A stretch of DNA of 64,000 bases from a virus. Location of the stretch: IMG/VR virus record IMGVR_UViG_3300007072_000008, positions 9,278-73,277 of that record; one strand, written 5' to 3'. The position numbers and the translations under genes are program-made. Below, piece after piece: positions 1-9,304 of this stretch (positions are counted from its first letter, which is position 1; each line of letters begins with the position of its first letter). The notes under the pieces are model-generated. The model was not told the DNA's origin, searched no databases, and saw only the letters and a program-made list of their open reading frames with translations.

Positions 1-19
1 ATATTCTCTTCTTCAGTAA

Positions 20-262
20 TCATTTATAAAATAAATTATATAACTTGTTTACTGTGTTTATAAAATCTGCATGTGTGGGAAATATTTCCCATACATGATA
101 TATGTCATCATATTCGACTGTAGCAATAATTTTACCATCTTCAAATTCAATATCGGCTGTTCCTTCTTGAGAAATTAAACTAATATAATTGTGCGCTTTC
201 ACTATAGTGTAATTGTGCTGCAAAACAAAATGATCCAGGAACATGTTATATATATCATACAT
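20..262 (-). CDS. hypothetical phage protein
   Basis: 80-aa ORF tightly packed with the neighbouring minus-strand ORF; no recognisable motif. Confidence 0.55.
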   Translation of the reverse strand: MYDIYNMFLDHFVLQHNYTIVKAHNYISLISQEGTADIEFEDGKIIATVEYDDIYHVWEIFPTHADFINTVNKLYNLFYK

Positions 263-271
263 AATTGTATC

Positions 272-730
272 TTAATCAGATAAATCTTCACAGTGTTTCA
301 TCACCAATTTTTCATATTCCATCCATTTAGTTACTGCCCCATCCAACCACTCTTCGATGTCGTGATGTGTATTGTTATACTCTGTGTAAGCGTCTATCCA
401 TTCTTTGATAGTAAGAGTACATTCTTTACTTTTACTGTTTTTGAACGTCGATAACTGATCATTAATCACTGTAAGTTTAGCAAACATATCGTTTAATTTC
501 GACCATCGGCTTGTGATGATTGCGAAATCTCTACTAATCTCGTCCATCTTTTCCTGTAGATGATTGGCATGGGTATAACAGAATTGTCGTGTATATTCAT
601 GTGCTTTGCGAGATTCATATATTAATTCTTTTATATTCTCGGTCAATCTATGGTGACATTTATATAAATCACTGAAATGAGTTTGAAACTTTTTGAGTAC
701 GTTGTTTTTCATAGTGGTGAATTGTAGCAA
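272..730 (-). CDS. hypothetical helical protein
   Basis: 152-aa ORF (ATG at 712 is the more likely start); no motif. Confidence 0.55.
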   Translation of the reverse strand: MLQFTTMKNNVLKKFQTHFSDLYKCHHRLTENIKELIYESRKAHEYTRQFCYTHANHLQEKMDEISRDFAIITSRWSKLNDMFAKLTVINDQLSTFKNSKSKECTLTIKEWIDAYTEYNNTHHDIEEWLDGAVTKWMEYEKLVMKHCEDLSD

Positions 731-790
731 AAGTTTTTACACTTGTTGGTAAATTAAAGGTAAATTCAATCTAAATTAGAAAATAAGATT

Positions 791-1354
791 ATGAACTGGT
801 ATAAAAGACATAACACTCCATTGGGGGTTATTCGAGAGGTATTGAAAGATCAGACCGACCTGCAAGCTCAAGATACACACTTTTCTTGTGGAGGAGCAAC
901 CATACAGAATCTTTTTAGACTGTTGCATCGTAAGTTACCTTCAGAAAAAGTTCTAAATCACAAGCTAAATACCCAACCAACCTCTGGCACTGCACCTAAA
1001 GCATTAGAAACATTTTTACAACGCAACAAAGTGCCATATACATACTATACGGATCAAGACGATGTAGAGGACATACTAAAACACGGAAATATTATTATCA
1101 TAGAATATCAGGACTATAATAATAATAAAAACCTCGAAGACCGACTTGCGTACACATCAAGTCATTTTGCAATTCTTGCTGGATATGACAACCGTTTCTT
1201 TTATATAATAGATAGTTATTTACCCAAAAAAATGCCTACTAAAAGTGTAATTAAAAAAGTATTAAAAAACAAATTTTTACAAAATTGGAAAGCCCGATCT
1301 TATGATAAGCACACTTTAATGAAACGTTGGGGTCTTATAATATCAGTCCGTTAA
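791..1354 (+). CDS. peptidase C39-like (papain-fold) protein with MNWYK N-terminal tag
   Basis: Q-x5-SCG (QAQDTHFSCGGA), SSHFAILAGYD and FYIIDS give a Cys-His-Asp triad arrangement typical of C39-like peptidases. Confidence 0.75.
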   Translation: MNWYKRHNTPLGVIREVLKDQTDLQAQDTHFSCGGATIQNLFRLLHRKLPSEKVLNHKLNTQPTSGTAPKALETFLQRNKVPYTYYTDQDDVEDILKHGNIIIIEYQDYNNNKNLEDRLAYTSSHFAILAGYDNRFFYIIDSYLPKKMPTKSVIKKVLKNKFLQNWKARSYDKHTLMKRWGLIISVR

Positions 1355-1656
1355 ATTGCATCATTTACAGCACATATTAATGACTGTTCGTTTAATAGAC
1401 CCGTTAACTTACTAACCATATTCCCATTTTTAAATATAATCACTGTTGGCAGGGAATTAATATTGTATTTACCAGTAATATAAGGATTATTGTCTATATC
1501 TACTTTACCGAAAGTAACATTAGAAATACCAGATGCAACTTTTGATATTGTTTTATCTAATGCTTGGCATGGCTTGCACCAATCTGCGTAGAAGTCTACG
1601 ACTACTGTTCCACTTACTATTTCATTATCAAAATTTAGATCTGTGAAATATTTCAT
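1351..1656 (-). CDS. trxA: thioredoxin
   Basis: VVVDFYADWCKPC active site, KVDID, SLPT cis-Pro motif, 101 aa. Confidence 0.93.
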   Translation of the reverse strand: MKYFTDLNFDNEIVSGTVVVDFYADWCKPCQALDKTISKVASGISNVTFGKVDIDNNPYITGKYNINSLPTVIIFKNGNMVSKLTGLLNEQSLICAVNDAI

Positions 1657-1657
1657 A

Positions 1658-2209
1658 TTAAAACCTCAATTCATATTGATTGTTTAGATGTTTTCTGATT
1701 ATAGAACCATAGCCTTTATCTATTAATACAACCTGTGTACAATTCATAGCATTTAATACCTCTTCAATATATTCTTTAGAATCCCCTTCTATTTCACAAT
1801 AGAAACCTAATTGGGGGATTTCGTCTATTTCTACTAAACACTTATTGAATAAATAACTATGTCGTTTTTTTTCGAATAAAAAAACCTTTTTATACCCCAT
1901 TTCAGAAATCATTTTTTCAAATTTCACGCCATCTGAAACTAAAAATTCTACCTCGTTACGATGCTTTAGCTTATCACCCACTCTTTTTTGTTTTCTTTTA
2001 AATGTAACAATAAACTCTGTTTTATTATCATAAATAGCCTCCCTTAATCGAAGAACTTCATGATTGCTATTATGTAAAGCGTTTTTGTCATAAAAGGAAT
2101 TGATTTCTAATCTTTTGTATTGAAGTGTTGCTTTCTTTGTTAAAAAGCTTATAATTTCACTCTTTTGTTTCTCATTAATTTTAAATTTAGCTTCTAATTC
2201 ACTTTGCAT
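1658..2209 (-). CDS. CYTH-domain protein (class IV adenylate cyclase / triphosphate tunnel enzyme)
   Basis: N-terminal ELEAK, LRLR, TFK, EVEF, EKKR, FYCEIEG motifs. Confidence 0.85.
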   Translation of the reverse strand: MQSELEAKFKINEKQKSEIISFLTKKATLQYKRLEINSFYDKNALHNSNHEVLRLREAIYDNKTEFIVTFKRKQKRVGDKLKHRNEVEFLVSDGVKFEKMISEMGYKKVFLFEKKRHSYLFNKCLVEIDEIPQLGFYCEIEGDSKEYIEEVLNAMNCTQVVLIDKGYGSIIRKHLNNQYELRF

Positions 2210-2444
2210 ATAGATCCTGTTTATATTCCTGTTCTAAGTGATAAGTAATATGCAATGCTAAAGCCAAAGCAGATACAACGCATTTCTGAAATGTATCATC
2301 AGCGTTGATTAATAAGCTTAAAGAACGTTGTGCATTATCCAAAGCACAGACAGCCCCATATAAAACTAATGTTCTTTCATGTTCAGTTAATGATAATTTG
2401 TCTAAAAATTCATTGGTCAATCGAGTTATTTCTTGATCATTCAT
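2199..2444 (-). CDS. hypothetical protein
   Basis: 81-aa ORF overlapping both neighbours in operon fashion. Confidence 0.55.
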   Translation of the reverse strand: MNDQEITRLTNEFLDKLSLTEHERTLVLYGAVCALDNAQRSLSLLINADDTFQKCVVSALALALHITYHLEQEYKQDLYAK

Positions 2445-3115
2445 ATATATATTTTACCCTCCCCTTTACAATATTCGCAAATTTTGATTTTTGCGTTGTC
2501 ATAAATATATCCATTACCGTTGCACAAATGACAACCAGAGCAGTACATAGTAACAATTTCTTTTTTTTCTATATACGTCCGTTCTTGCCCTGAAAGTATC
2601 AAATCTATAGGTTCTGCTCTGTTGTATAAATTTATTTCTTCTATATTAAGAGTATTAATTACTATGTCTGTTATTGTAAAAGTGGCATCTTTGCCATATC
2701 CTGTTTTGATTAAAGTACATAAAATACCGCGCCTATAACTTCCAGGATTTTGCACTCCTAATTTGGTAGCAATTGTTTTTATTTGTTGTATCACTCTATC
2801 AGTGAACTCTACTAATTTAAGCTGCATCTCATTATCGGAATTGGTATATATAAAACACCAAGATATTATTTTATTAAACAGAGATGCTTTTTCTGGTACA
2901 GGCTCACCATCAAACAGAATTTCTACTTCATTTTTTCCATTTTCCTTCTGTAGAAAATATTTTACAACAGGATATAATTCACCTATCAAACGAATCCTAT
3001 GTGATCCTGTAAACATATTATATGTTAAAGAGCGGATCCAATTTTTCCTGTCTGCAACTGTCATATTGTGTGCAGATCGTTCCTTATACCATCCTTGAAT
3101 AGTTAAATTACCCAT
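2441..3115 (-). CDS. hypothetical protein, possibly gp32-like ssDNA-binding fold, with C-terminal DnaJ-type zinc finger
   Basis: HRIRLIG, NPG..G..IKTGYG resemble phage SSB motifs (weak); CHLCNGNG...CEYCKGEG are CxxCxGxG repeats. Confidence 0.45.
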   Translation of the reverse strand: MGNLTIQGWYKERSAHNMTVADRKNWIRSLTYNMFTGSHRIRLIGELYPVVKYFLQKENGKNEVEILFDGEPVPEKASLFNKIISWCFIYTNSDNEMQLKLVEFTDRVIQQIKTIATKLGVQNPGSYRRGILCTLIKTGYGKDATFTITDIVINTLNIEEINLYNRAEPIDLILSGQERTYIEKKEIVTMYCSGCHLCNGNGYIYDNAKIKICEYCKGEGKIYI

Positions 3116-3422
3116 TAATTACCTCTTGTTTTTTTGTTTTATTAATCTCAGCGATTATTTCGTTAAATTTATTTTCAGCCTGTTGTGCAAAATTAGAAAA
3201 AGCATCCTCTATAGAAGATGCTTCAATTAAGAAATCTATTGGGATTCTTCCTATTTGACCATTAGGCATAGGAGTGGTAAAAATGGCTGATCCTTCATAC
3301 ACTGTTATAGGAACCCCTTCTTTTAAGGCTAGCTCTGAATCTATAGCAGTATATTTGCTAACTTTACCTAGATTCTCTACGACATATTCTTCAACGGTTC
3401 TAATAACTAATGGTTTTCCCAT
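3108..3422 (-). CDS. conserved hypothetical protein
   Basis: 104-aa ORF in operon; IPIDFLIEASSIEDAFSNF motif. Confidence 0.6.
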   Translation of the reverse strand: MGKPLVIRTVEEYVVENLGKVSKYTAIDSELALKEGVPITVYEGSAIFTTPMPNGQIGRIPIDFLIEASSIEDAFSNFAQQAENKFNEIIAEINKTKKQEVING

Positions 3423-3431
3423 AAGCTCGTC

Positions 3432-3713
3432 TCAGTTTTCTAATATTTTGTACAAATTCGCACCCAACCACTTTAGTTCAGCATTTAAAGCTTTTTTTCT
3501 CGTAGTAAATGGCCCCAATTTAGGACCATTCACCAACTTTAAATCGGCAAACCATTGCACATCGTCTTTAACAATCACAGGTTCTACATAGCTAACTCTC
3601 TTAATTTTATTTTTACCAATCTTTAATAGTGGTTTTAATTCATCATAATATACAAAACGCAAGTCGCCGTTAGGTAGTATAAAAATATTATATACTTTTG
3701 GCATATTATTCAC
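3432..3713 (-). CDS. small conserved protein of the 'RxSxVEP...WFADL..V.GP.LGPF..R..AL.AE..WL' family
   Basis: Full motif present; recalled from Planctomycetota genomes (not searched). Confidence 0.65.
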   Translation of the reverse strand: MNNMPKVYNIFILPNGDLRFVYYDELKPLLKIGKNKIKRVSYVEPVIVKDDVQWFADLKLVNGPKLGPFTTRKKALNAELKWLGANLYKILEN

Positions 3714-4117
3714 CCAGTAGCTGTTTAACAGCCACGTAATATAAGTTCTTTCCTTCCCGAGAAATGGGAGTGATAGACATAAATTCTGTTGTCTTTTGTT
3801 TTGATTTATAAATGTTTATAATATGGCCAAACCATGTTTTACCAGATTTTAAGACATTCCACATATCTTTATAAAATGCAGAATCATGGCATTCAGATTT
3901 AAATAATCTTGGGTTTTTCCCAATGACCTCTGTTTTTTTTATAACCAGTGTGGTTTTCAAACGCCGGATTGACCCAAATAATGTTAGCATTTTCGTCTGT
4001 AATAATTACTGGATTGGGTACATGTGTAATAGCTTCATATAATATTTCTAATAAAATACACTCATTCGAAATTTGCTCTGACAATTTTACCAATTCTATG
4101 ATTGTGCTTATTTGCAT
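3706..4117 (-). pseudogene. stand-alone PAS-domain protein split by a frameshift
   Basis: VIITDENANIIWVNPAFENHTGY (ORF 3899..4141) continues as EVIGKNPRLFKS...WFGHIIN (ORF 3706..3990); the junction is the A8 run at 3933-3940, one base too long. Confidence 0.75.
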
Positions 4118-4147
4118 AAATTTCCTAAAACCATAACACATATGGTA

Positions 4148-4783
4148 CTATAAAAAATTCCACTTCCTCTGCAAAATTCCCATATACTTTATAAAATCTC
4201 CCCAACAGTGCCCTCGCTCCTGACATGTTACTGCTTTGTGTATTACATAATTCTCTTTATCAATATTTAACCAATAAGACGGATATGCATTCACAAATAT
4301 TGTTCGACATTCTAAACCGTGTTTCCTTCTGATTTGTGTACTATAATCTTCAACATAACAATGATAATTGTTAAAGTTTATATCATCAAATTTTAAGCCG
4401 TGCTTACGGTTTATTACTGCTACACAAGCATCAACAGTTGTTAAAATTTTAGATTCGTTAGCATTTGCCCATTCATATTTAATGAGTTTAAAATTGTTAT
4501 CGTTAATCGCTCCTTCAACCCCTAATATCCCAAAATTGGGGTACTGATAAATTGTGTGTAATAAAAAATCTATAAAATTAGGACAAAAAGAAACATCTTC
4601 ATGTATAAACATAATTATGTCATTTGAAGCATTATCGATAGTTTGATTATAACTAGTAGCTGGCGGGATAGTATCTGATAAGCTAAGGAATTGATAATTA
4701 TGATTATTAGAATTGTTAAGACTAGGTTCTAAGTAATTAGAAAAGGCCACAGGATTATGGCGTATAGAAGCAATAGTTAACAT
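4148..4783 (-). CDS. glycosyltransferase (GT-A fold, family 2-like)
   Basis: SYNQ..., FIHEDV (DxD-like), GILGVEG, TVDAC, HCYVEDY. Confidence 0.75.
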   Translation of the reverse strand: MLTIASIRHNPVAFSNYLEPSLNNSNNHNYQFLSLSDTIPPATSYNQTIDNASNDIIMFIHEDVSFCPNFIDFLLHTIYQYPNFGILGVEGAINDNNFKLIKYEWANANESKILTTVDACVAVINRKHGLKFDDINFNNYHCYVEDYSTQIRRKHGLECRTIFVNAYPSYWLNIDKENYVIHKAVTCQERGHCWGDFIKYMGILQRKWNFL

Positions 4784-4786
4784 AAA

Positions 4787-4876
4787 CGGAAGCGATAGGA
4801 TTCGAACCTATGGTGCATCTTTATGACACACGGGAGTTTAGCAAACTCCTGCATTAAGCCGCTCTGCCACGCTTCC
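4787..4876 (-). tRNA. trnS: tRNA-Ser(GCT)
   Basis: GGAAGCG/CGCTTCC acceptor, anticodon arm GGAGT-TTGCTAA-ACTCC, long variable arm, GGTTCGAATCC T-arm. Confidence 0.92.
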
Positions 4877-4925
4877 CAATGTTGATGTAATCACTGAATT
4901 AATCAGCGACTGCAACCCTCGGGAA

Positions 4926-5001
4926 TGCTCCCGACCGGAATCGAACCGGCGATCTCTTCCTTGAAAGGGAAGCGATGTGAGCCAACCACATCTGCAGGAG
5001 C
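4926..5001 (-). tRNA. trnE: tRNA-Glu(TTC)
   Basis: anticodon arm CTTCC-CTTTCAA-GGAAG, T-arm GCCGGTTCGATTCCGGT, paired acceptor. Confidence 0.9.
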
Positions 5002-5137
5002 TAGATGCACTAGACTTTTAAATCTAAGGTCTCCAGGTTCGTTTCTTCTCCCTAAATACGACGGACAGAATTCGAACCTACAGTGAGTGTTTTTCACTCG
5101 GTCACTTTGGAGGCAAATTATACTATCGCGTAGAATA

Positions 5138-5211
5138 CTGCCCTGCTAGGATTCGAACCTAGAACCTTGGGATCCAAAGTCCCCTGCGCTAACCGATTGC
5201 GCCACAGGGCA
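5138..5211 (-). tRNA. trnQ: tRNA-Gln(TTG)
   Basis: TGCCCTG/CAGGGCA acceptor, anticodon loop CTTTGGA, GGTTCGAATCC. Confidence 0.92.
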
Positions 5212-5215
5212 ATTA

Positions 5216-5303
5216 GAAGAAGTCAGAGTGCATGATCCTCAGACTGTCTATTAATTAGATCCAATTCGTTTCGAACGAACTGCGGGTTTTCTGCCGCCAA
5301 TTC
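5216..5303 (-). pseudogene. degenerate tRNA-Ser(CGA)-like remnant
   Basis: anticodon arm GTTCG-TTCGAAA-CGAAT followed by a long variable region, but non-canonical T-loop and no paired acceptor. Confidence 0.4.
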
Positions 5304-5326
5304 GTATAACCGTTGCACAGCATAAA

Positions 5327-5397
5327 CTACCCCACAAGGAATCGAACCCCGACTAAAACGTTCAGAGCGTTTCGTGCGACCATTACACTATGAGGCA
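5327..5397 (-). tRNA. trnQ: tRNA-Gln(CTG)
   Basis: anticodon arm AAACG-CTCTGAA-CGTTT, GGTTCGATTCC T-arm. Confidence 0.88.
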
Positions 5398-5406
5398 AAA
5401 GGATTA

Positions 5407-6073
5407 TTAGTATAATCCATTAATATGTAGAACTTTATGACTTACAACAACAGAAGGATTTGCATTACCATTCCAATTTGGGATAAAAAATTCTCTACTA
5501 GTAGCTGGTTCTGTAAGTCGTTGCCAACCTGCTCTGTTTAAAATTTCTTGATATATACGGGAACGAGCATTGTTATGTTTTTTATCCTTATTCCTAAATA
5601 TATGAGATCTGGTAGCATAATAACTAATTTTTATAGGCAACCCATTAATGGACTGAAAAAATTCATACAATTTTGCAACAAGTTGCTCATTCTTTTTGTT
5701 AGCTAAATATTTTTTTCCCACACGACTATAATCACTTACACCTTCTTTATTAGACCATTCTTGCTCTTCACAATTGCTTTCCCAGCCAAATGAAACATCG
5801 CATAACGCAAATGCATTAGAATCATCATATAAAGACAATTCAGTATATAATGCTAAATCAATAATACGACATGCATAAGTTGCATATACCCTTCTACGAA
5901 TGGTATAATCCTCATCGTAATTTACTACCTTAGCATTGTTGAATATCTGTTCAAAACTCTTTATGGCTAAATTAATTGCTTGTACAGCATCAACACCTAA
6001 CTGTCTTGTTGGTAACTGTTTTAATCTTGGAGGTAAAAAAGATATTTTTTTTCCATATTTTAGTTTTATACAT
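5407..6073 (-). CDS. hypothetical protein, probably frameshifted near its 5' end
   Basis: The frame of ORF 5407..5838 stays open upstream (YGKKISFLPPRLKQLP...) to about 6080 without an ATG; the ATG at 6073 joins it if one A is removed from an A-run. Confidence 0.45.
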
Positions 6074-6081
6074 ATTGTTAA

Positions 6082-6474
6082 CTATTCCTTTATAATTTGC
6101 GCATATACTTTATTTGGGGCCTGCTTAAAATACTTATTCAGAGCAGGACATAACCATGCTAGGTGACCTGTATTATCTTTGTACCAATACCCTGTCATAT
6201 CAGATACTTTATTATCCACCAATGTTAAAGCAATGGTTGAACCATCAAATGGATTATTGGAAAAAAGTAGCTTTACTTTTTCATGCCCTCCGGCATACTT
6301 ATCTAAAAGATCATCTGTGCCAGAAACAAGACCTTCCATTTTAAGGTCTCTTAACTCGTCATCAAAATACCAGAATCGTTCACCTTGACTATTAACAACT
6401 TTGTAGGGGTAAATCGTGTAAATCATATATGGAATGTGGTTTACTTTTACCGCGAAAATAGCCTTTTTAAACAA
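6082..6474 (-). CDS. DUF6717-like protein
   Basis: PY...WYFDD...E.LV.G.D..LD...FS..PF.G...GYWY...WLCPAL..YF...P..VY motif; true start probably the ATG near 6426. Confidence 0.7.
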   Translation of the reverse strand: MFKKAIFAVKVNHIPYMIYTIYPYKVVNSQGERFWYFDDELRDLKMEGLVSGTDDLLDKYAGGHEKVKLLFSNNPFDGSTIALTLVDNKVSDMTGYWYKDNTGHLAWLCPALNKYFKQAPNKVYAQIIKE

Positions 6475-6503
6475 TATACTTACGGTTCACCACAGTAAGG
6501 GAA

Positions 6504-6576
6504 TGGGCGATAAGGGATTTGAACCCCTGACCTCTCGGATGTAGACCGAATGCTCTAGCCGCTGAGCTAATCGCCC
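6504..6576 (-). tRNA. trnV: tRNA-Val(TAC)
   Basis: GGGCGAT/ATCGCCC acceptor, TAGCTCAG D-arm, loop TCTACAT. Confidence 0.92.
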
Positions 6577-6579
6577 GGA

Positions 6580-6653
6580 TGGAGACGGTGAGAATCGAAC
6601 TCACAACAGATTGGTTGCAAACCATTCTCGCTACCCTTAGCACATGCGTCCCC
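6580..6653 (-). tRNA. trnA: tRNA-Ala(TGC)
   Basis: loop TTTGCAA; acceptor GGGGACG/CGTCTCC with the G3:U70 alanine identity pair. Confidence 0.88.
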
Positions 6654-6686
6654 GAAAATACTATTAACTTTTGATAGAGCAGTCTA

Positions 6687-6760
6687 TAGCGGCTCTGGGA
6701 CTCGAACCCAGCTTGAAAGCTTATGAGGCTTTCCAGACCACCATGGCCTTGCCAGCCGCA
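6687..6760 (-). tRNA. trnM: tRNA-Met(CAT), initiator-like
   Basis: anticodon arm AAAGC-CTCATAA-GCTTT; unpaired 1:72 position as in initiators, but lacks the three G-C anticodon-stem pairs. Confidence 0.82.
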
Positions 6761-6857
6761 ATCAAATAACAGACAAGTTTTGTTGAGTTAACCATCCAAT
6801 ACTGGTCTGTTATATTCTCCACATACTAACACCCTAAAAACCCTTCTTGTTCACGAT

Positions 6858-7052
6858 TTATTTTTTACTGTTTAAGCTTTTAGATTCTAACAACTCTTTG
6901 GCTAGCTCTTCAAGCTCATCTTCCCATTCATTCATAGCTTTATTATAATCTGAATCTACTTCTTCTGATAATTGTTTTATAGGTCTAAATCTCCATAAAA
7001 TTTGCATAGCATTTAACTTGCTAATTATTTCATCAACCATTTTATCATCCAT
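6858..7052 (-). CDS. hypothetical protein
   Basis: 64-aa ORF with GAGG RBS upstream. Confidence 0.55.
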   Translation of the reverse strand: MDDKMVDEIISKLNAMQILWRFRPIKQLSEEVDSDYNKAMNEWEDELEELAKELLESKSLNSKK

Positions 7053-7080
7053 TGATACCTCTGTTCTTTTTTTACCGCAA

Positions 7081-7335
7081 TCACTCTTCTTTAAAAATAT
7101 TCTCAGTTTGTTCTGGTGTATATTTTCGCCTGTTAATAATCTCTTTTATTTTTCTGGCAATAAAAATATGAGTATATGTATGAATCTTAGAATCCTTTTC
7201 AATTGTTTCTAAATATTCTCTTAACTCCGCTTTTTCCTCTTTAGTTAATTTCTTCTCATTTTCTTTTAAGGAAGATAATGTGGTGGATAAAGCATTATAT
7301 ATCTCTGCCTTTAATGCTTTCCAAGTTCTACCCAT
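7081..7335 (-). CDS. hypothetical protein
   Basis: 84-aa basic helical ORF, co-oriented with neighbours. Confidence 0.55.
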   Translation of the reverse strand: MGRTWKALKAEIYNALSTTLSSLKENEKKLTKEEKAELREYLETIEKDSKIHTYTHIFIARKIKEIINRRKYTPEQTENIFKEE

Positions 7336-7363
7336 ATTATTTACCAGTCGGGTTAGAGTTAGT

Positions 7364-7804
7364 TTACCACCATAGATTCAGAAAATGCTCAGAAAATAAT
7401 TTCAAACCACTTTTGACTTCTTCATATTCTTTGTTACTTAAATCCCATGCTCCTCTGCTAACTAATTCAAATGTGCGAATCATCTTATCAAGTTTGGCAT
7501 TCCAGCTTTTTTCAGTTTCTCCATAAGGAAATCCTTTACACAATTCTTTAAATCTAACCAGTCTTGGATATACAAATTTGGCAATTGTATAATCTAAACT
7601 CCAAGTATCTTGGTCAGTCCAGCCACGCTCTTTCATTTGCCTTTTAAATAAGGCTTTTCTATTTTCTGATTGTTTTTTACAACTTTTTTTCATTAATACC
7701 AAAGTCCTATCATCGCTGTTATAAGCAGACTTGATAATACTACTACCTTTATAACACCAACAGTTACACATGAATAAAAAATCCAATTGGGAATATAAAT
7801 ACAC
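7364..7804 (-). CDS. conserved phage protein (TWSLD...PRL..FK family)
   Basis: DTWSLDYTIAKFVYPRLVRFK...W...LDKMI..FE...GLKLF..HF.NLWW motif; start probably the downstream ATG near 7693. Confidence 0.7.
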   Translation of the reverse strand: MYLYSQLDFLFMCNCWCYKGSSIIKSAYNSDDRTLVLMKKSCKKQSENRKALFKRQMKERGWTDQDTWSLDYTIAKFVYPRLVRFKELCKGFPYGETEKSWNAKLDKMIRTFELVSRGAWDLSNKEYEEVKSGLKLFSEHFLNLWW

Positions 7805-7921
7805 TTACATCCGTAACTATCTTTGCAAGCAACACAATTTCTTGATTCCATGTTTTCTCCTTTTGTAAGAATCACGTTCCATCTACTTCATTTAGCTATA
7901 CAAACCCTTATTAAGAATATA

Positions 7922-8113
7922 TTAAGTTTTTTGCAGACTTTTGGTTTTTTTTATAGCTCTGAAATATGAATTTATAGCTGCTTCTGCCGCTTTAAACTGG
8001 CATCTATAGTCTTTTTCAGAAGTATAAATAGGATCAGTTTTTTTATCAGGTACTACATAAGCCCTGAATCTTACACCAAAAGGTTTAACTAATTTTTCTA
8101 ATTTAATATTCAT
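7922..8113 (-). CDS. hypothetical protein
   Basis: GGAG RBS before MNIKLEK; 3' part of the listed ORF 7922..8212. Confidence 0.5.
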   Translation of the reverse strand: MNIKLEKLVKPFGVRFRAYVVPDKKTDPIYTSEKDYRCQFKAAEAAINSYFRAIKKTKSLQKT

Positions 8114-8212
8114 AATTTTCTCCAAATATAATATAAAATGTCCACAGTAGAAATCGAACCGACAATACTTCTGTGATATGCAATTCGCCATGCGGACGTT
8201 ATTTAAATACAC

Positions 8213-8623
8213 CTATAGGGTTGAACACATATGCTTTTTATTTCCCAATGTTGCATGGAAAGTTTTTCTCAAGCCTACGGGCGGCTGAATATAAAGGCTT
8301 TCATTAGGTAATCCTAACTCTTCCCTTATTTCTTCTAGCCGCTTTGACCATATATCTATCCAATAATAAACTTCACTATTCCTTATTTCATTACTGTATA
8401 TAAAATCTACTATTTCCCCCTCATACTTTCCCCAAAACTCCATTTTAGGCTCTACAATTTCTTTTCTTACTACAGAAATGTGAGCGTCATACATTTGTCT
8501 CTGCAAATAATTTGATATTGATTTTGGCAGTAGTTTTCTGTAATAATTAACAAGATCCTGTTCTATGTCCAGAACAACATTAGTCTTGCCATATCGAAGT
8601 TTTCTTTGTGACTGATAAATCAT
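8213..8623 (-). CDS. 2H phosphoesterase superfamily protein
   Basis: two H-x-(S/T) motifs: AHISVV and FHATLG, about 75 aa apart. Confidence 0.75.
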   Translation of the reverse strand: MIYQSQRKLRYGKTNVVLDIEQDLVNYYRKLLPKSISNYLQRQMYDAHISVVRKEIVEPKMEFWGKYEGEIVDFIYSNEIRNSEVYYWIDIWSKRLEEIREELGLPNESLYIQPPVGLRKTFHATLGNKKHMCSTL

Positions 8624-8626
8624 AAC

Positions 8627-8686
8627 ATCGAACCCACTTGTTTCTGTTTAGAAAACAGACGCCTAATCCAGTCTAGCCACAGGAGC
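8627..8686 (-). pseudogene. truncated tRNA-Arg(TCT)
   Basis: intact 5' acceptor strand, D-arm and arm TCTGT-TTTCTAA-ACAGA; the sequence breaks after GGTTCGAT, 3 nt before the ATG of the 2H gene. Confidence 0.75.
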
Positions 8687-8720
8687 AATGTCTTTCTTTT
8701 TTACCGCAACAAACTTGTAA

Positions 8721-8778
8721 AGCCCAATAACGGAATCGATCTTACCACGATTGCGTGATACCCTTTTACCAATCTGTC
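8721..8778 (-). pseudogene. internally deleted tRNA-Thr(GGT) remnant
   Basis: D-arm-like GGTAAAAGGGTATCACG, loop GTGGTAA, then a jump directly to TCGATTCCG...TGGGCT. Confidence 0.5.
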
Positions 8779-8833
8779 TAAACAAGATGCAGACGGAAAA
8801 CACGCAGATCAGGTATGCAATTACGCACTAACG

Positions 8834-8909
8834 GGTGTGCGACGGGATTCGAACCCGCGAATAACATGAACCACAATCATGCGCGTTAACCAACTTCGCC
8901 ACGCACACC
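8834..8909 (-). tRNA. trnH: tRNA-His(GTG)
   Basis: arm CATGA-TTGTGGT-TCATG; G-1:C73 pair. Confidence 0.93.
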
Positions 8910-9178
8910 AATTATACTTCTTCATTATAACTTTACCTGCAAAGGTTGTTACTACACAATATAATAATCAATCGATCTAACTTTTTAGATTTTTTCTCCC
9001 GGTTTTGTATACAACTAATATTGGCCAAGAATATTACAATATCGCCATATTTTAGGGGATGCTATGCTGATTTTTTTTACGGTAAACAACAGCCCTTTCT
9101 TGCGTTCTGATGCCCATTGAGGTTCAAAGACAATTACCTGTCCACCCTGAAACTGTTTCTGTTTTCTGATCAAACATA

Positions 9179-9250
9179 TCGGGGTGACAGGGATCGAACC
9201 TGCGACTTCAAGTTCCCAAAACTTGCGGACTACCTCTGTCCTACACCCCG
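9179..9250 (-). tRNA. trnP: tRNA-Pro(TGG)
   Basis: CGGGGTG/CACCCCG acceptor, loop TTTGGGA. Confidence 0.92.
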
Positions 9251-9304
9251 AACATTGCAAACAATAACAAACACTTTCACCAGATTAGCATCCCATAATT
9301 CAAG

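Noticed and set aside
4903-5097. 64-aa ORF (and ORFs 9015..9260, 9117..9464, 9710..9973)
   Set aside because: They overlap tRNA genes or the attenuator; spurious frames.
5005-5122. tRNA-like fragments (plus-strand Lys-like loop near 5010-5045; minus-strand long-arm remnant near 5057-5122)
   Set aside because: Only partial arms; no complete cloverleaf or reliable anticodon can be assigned.
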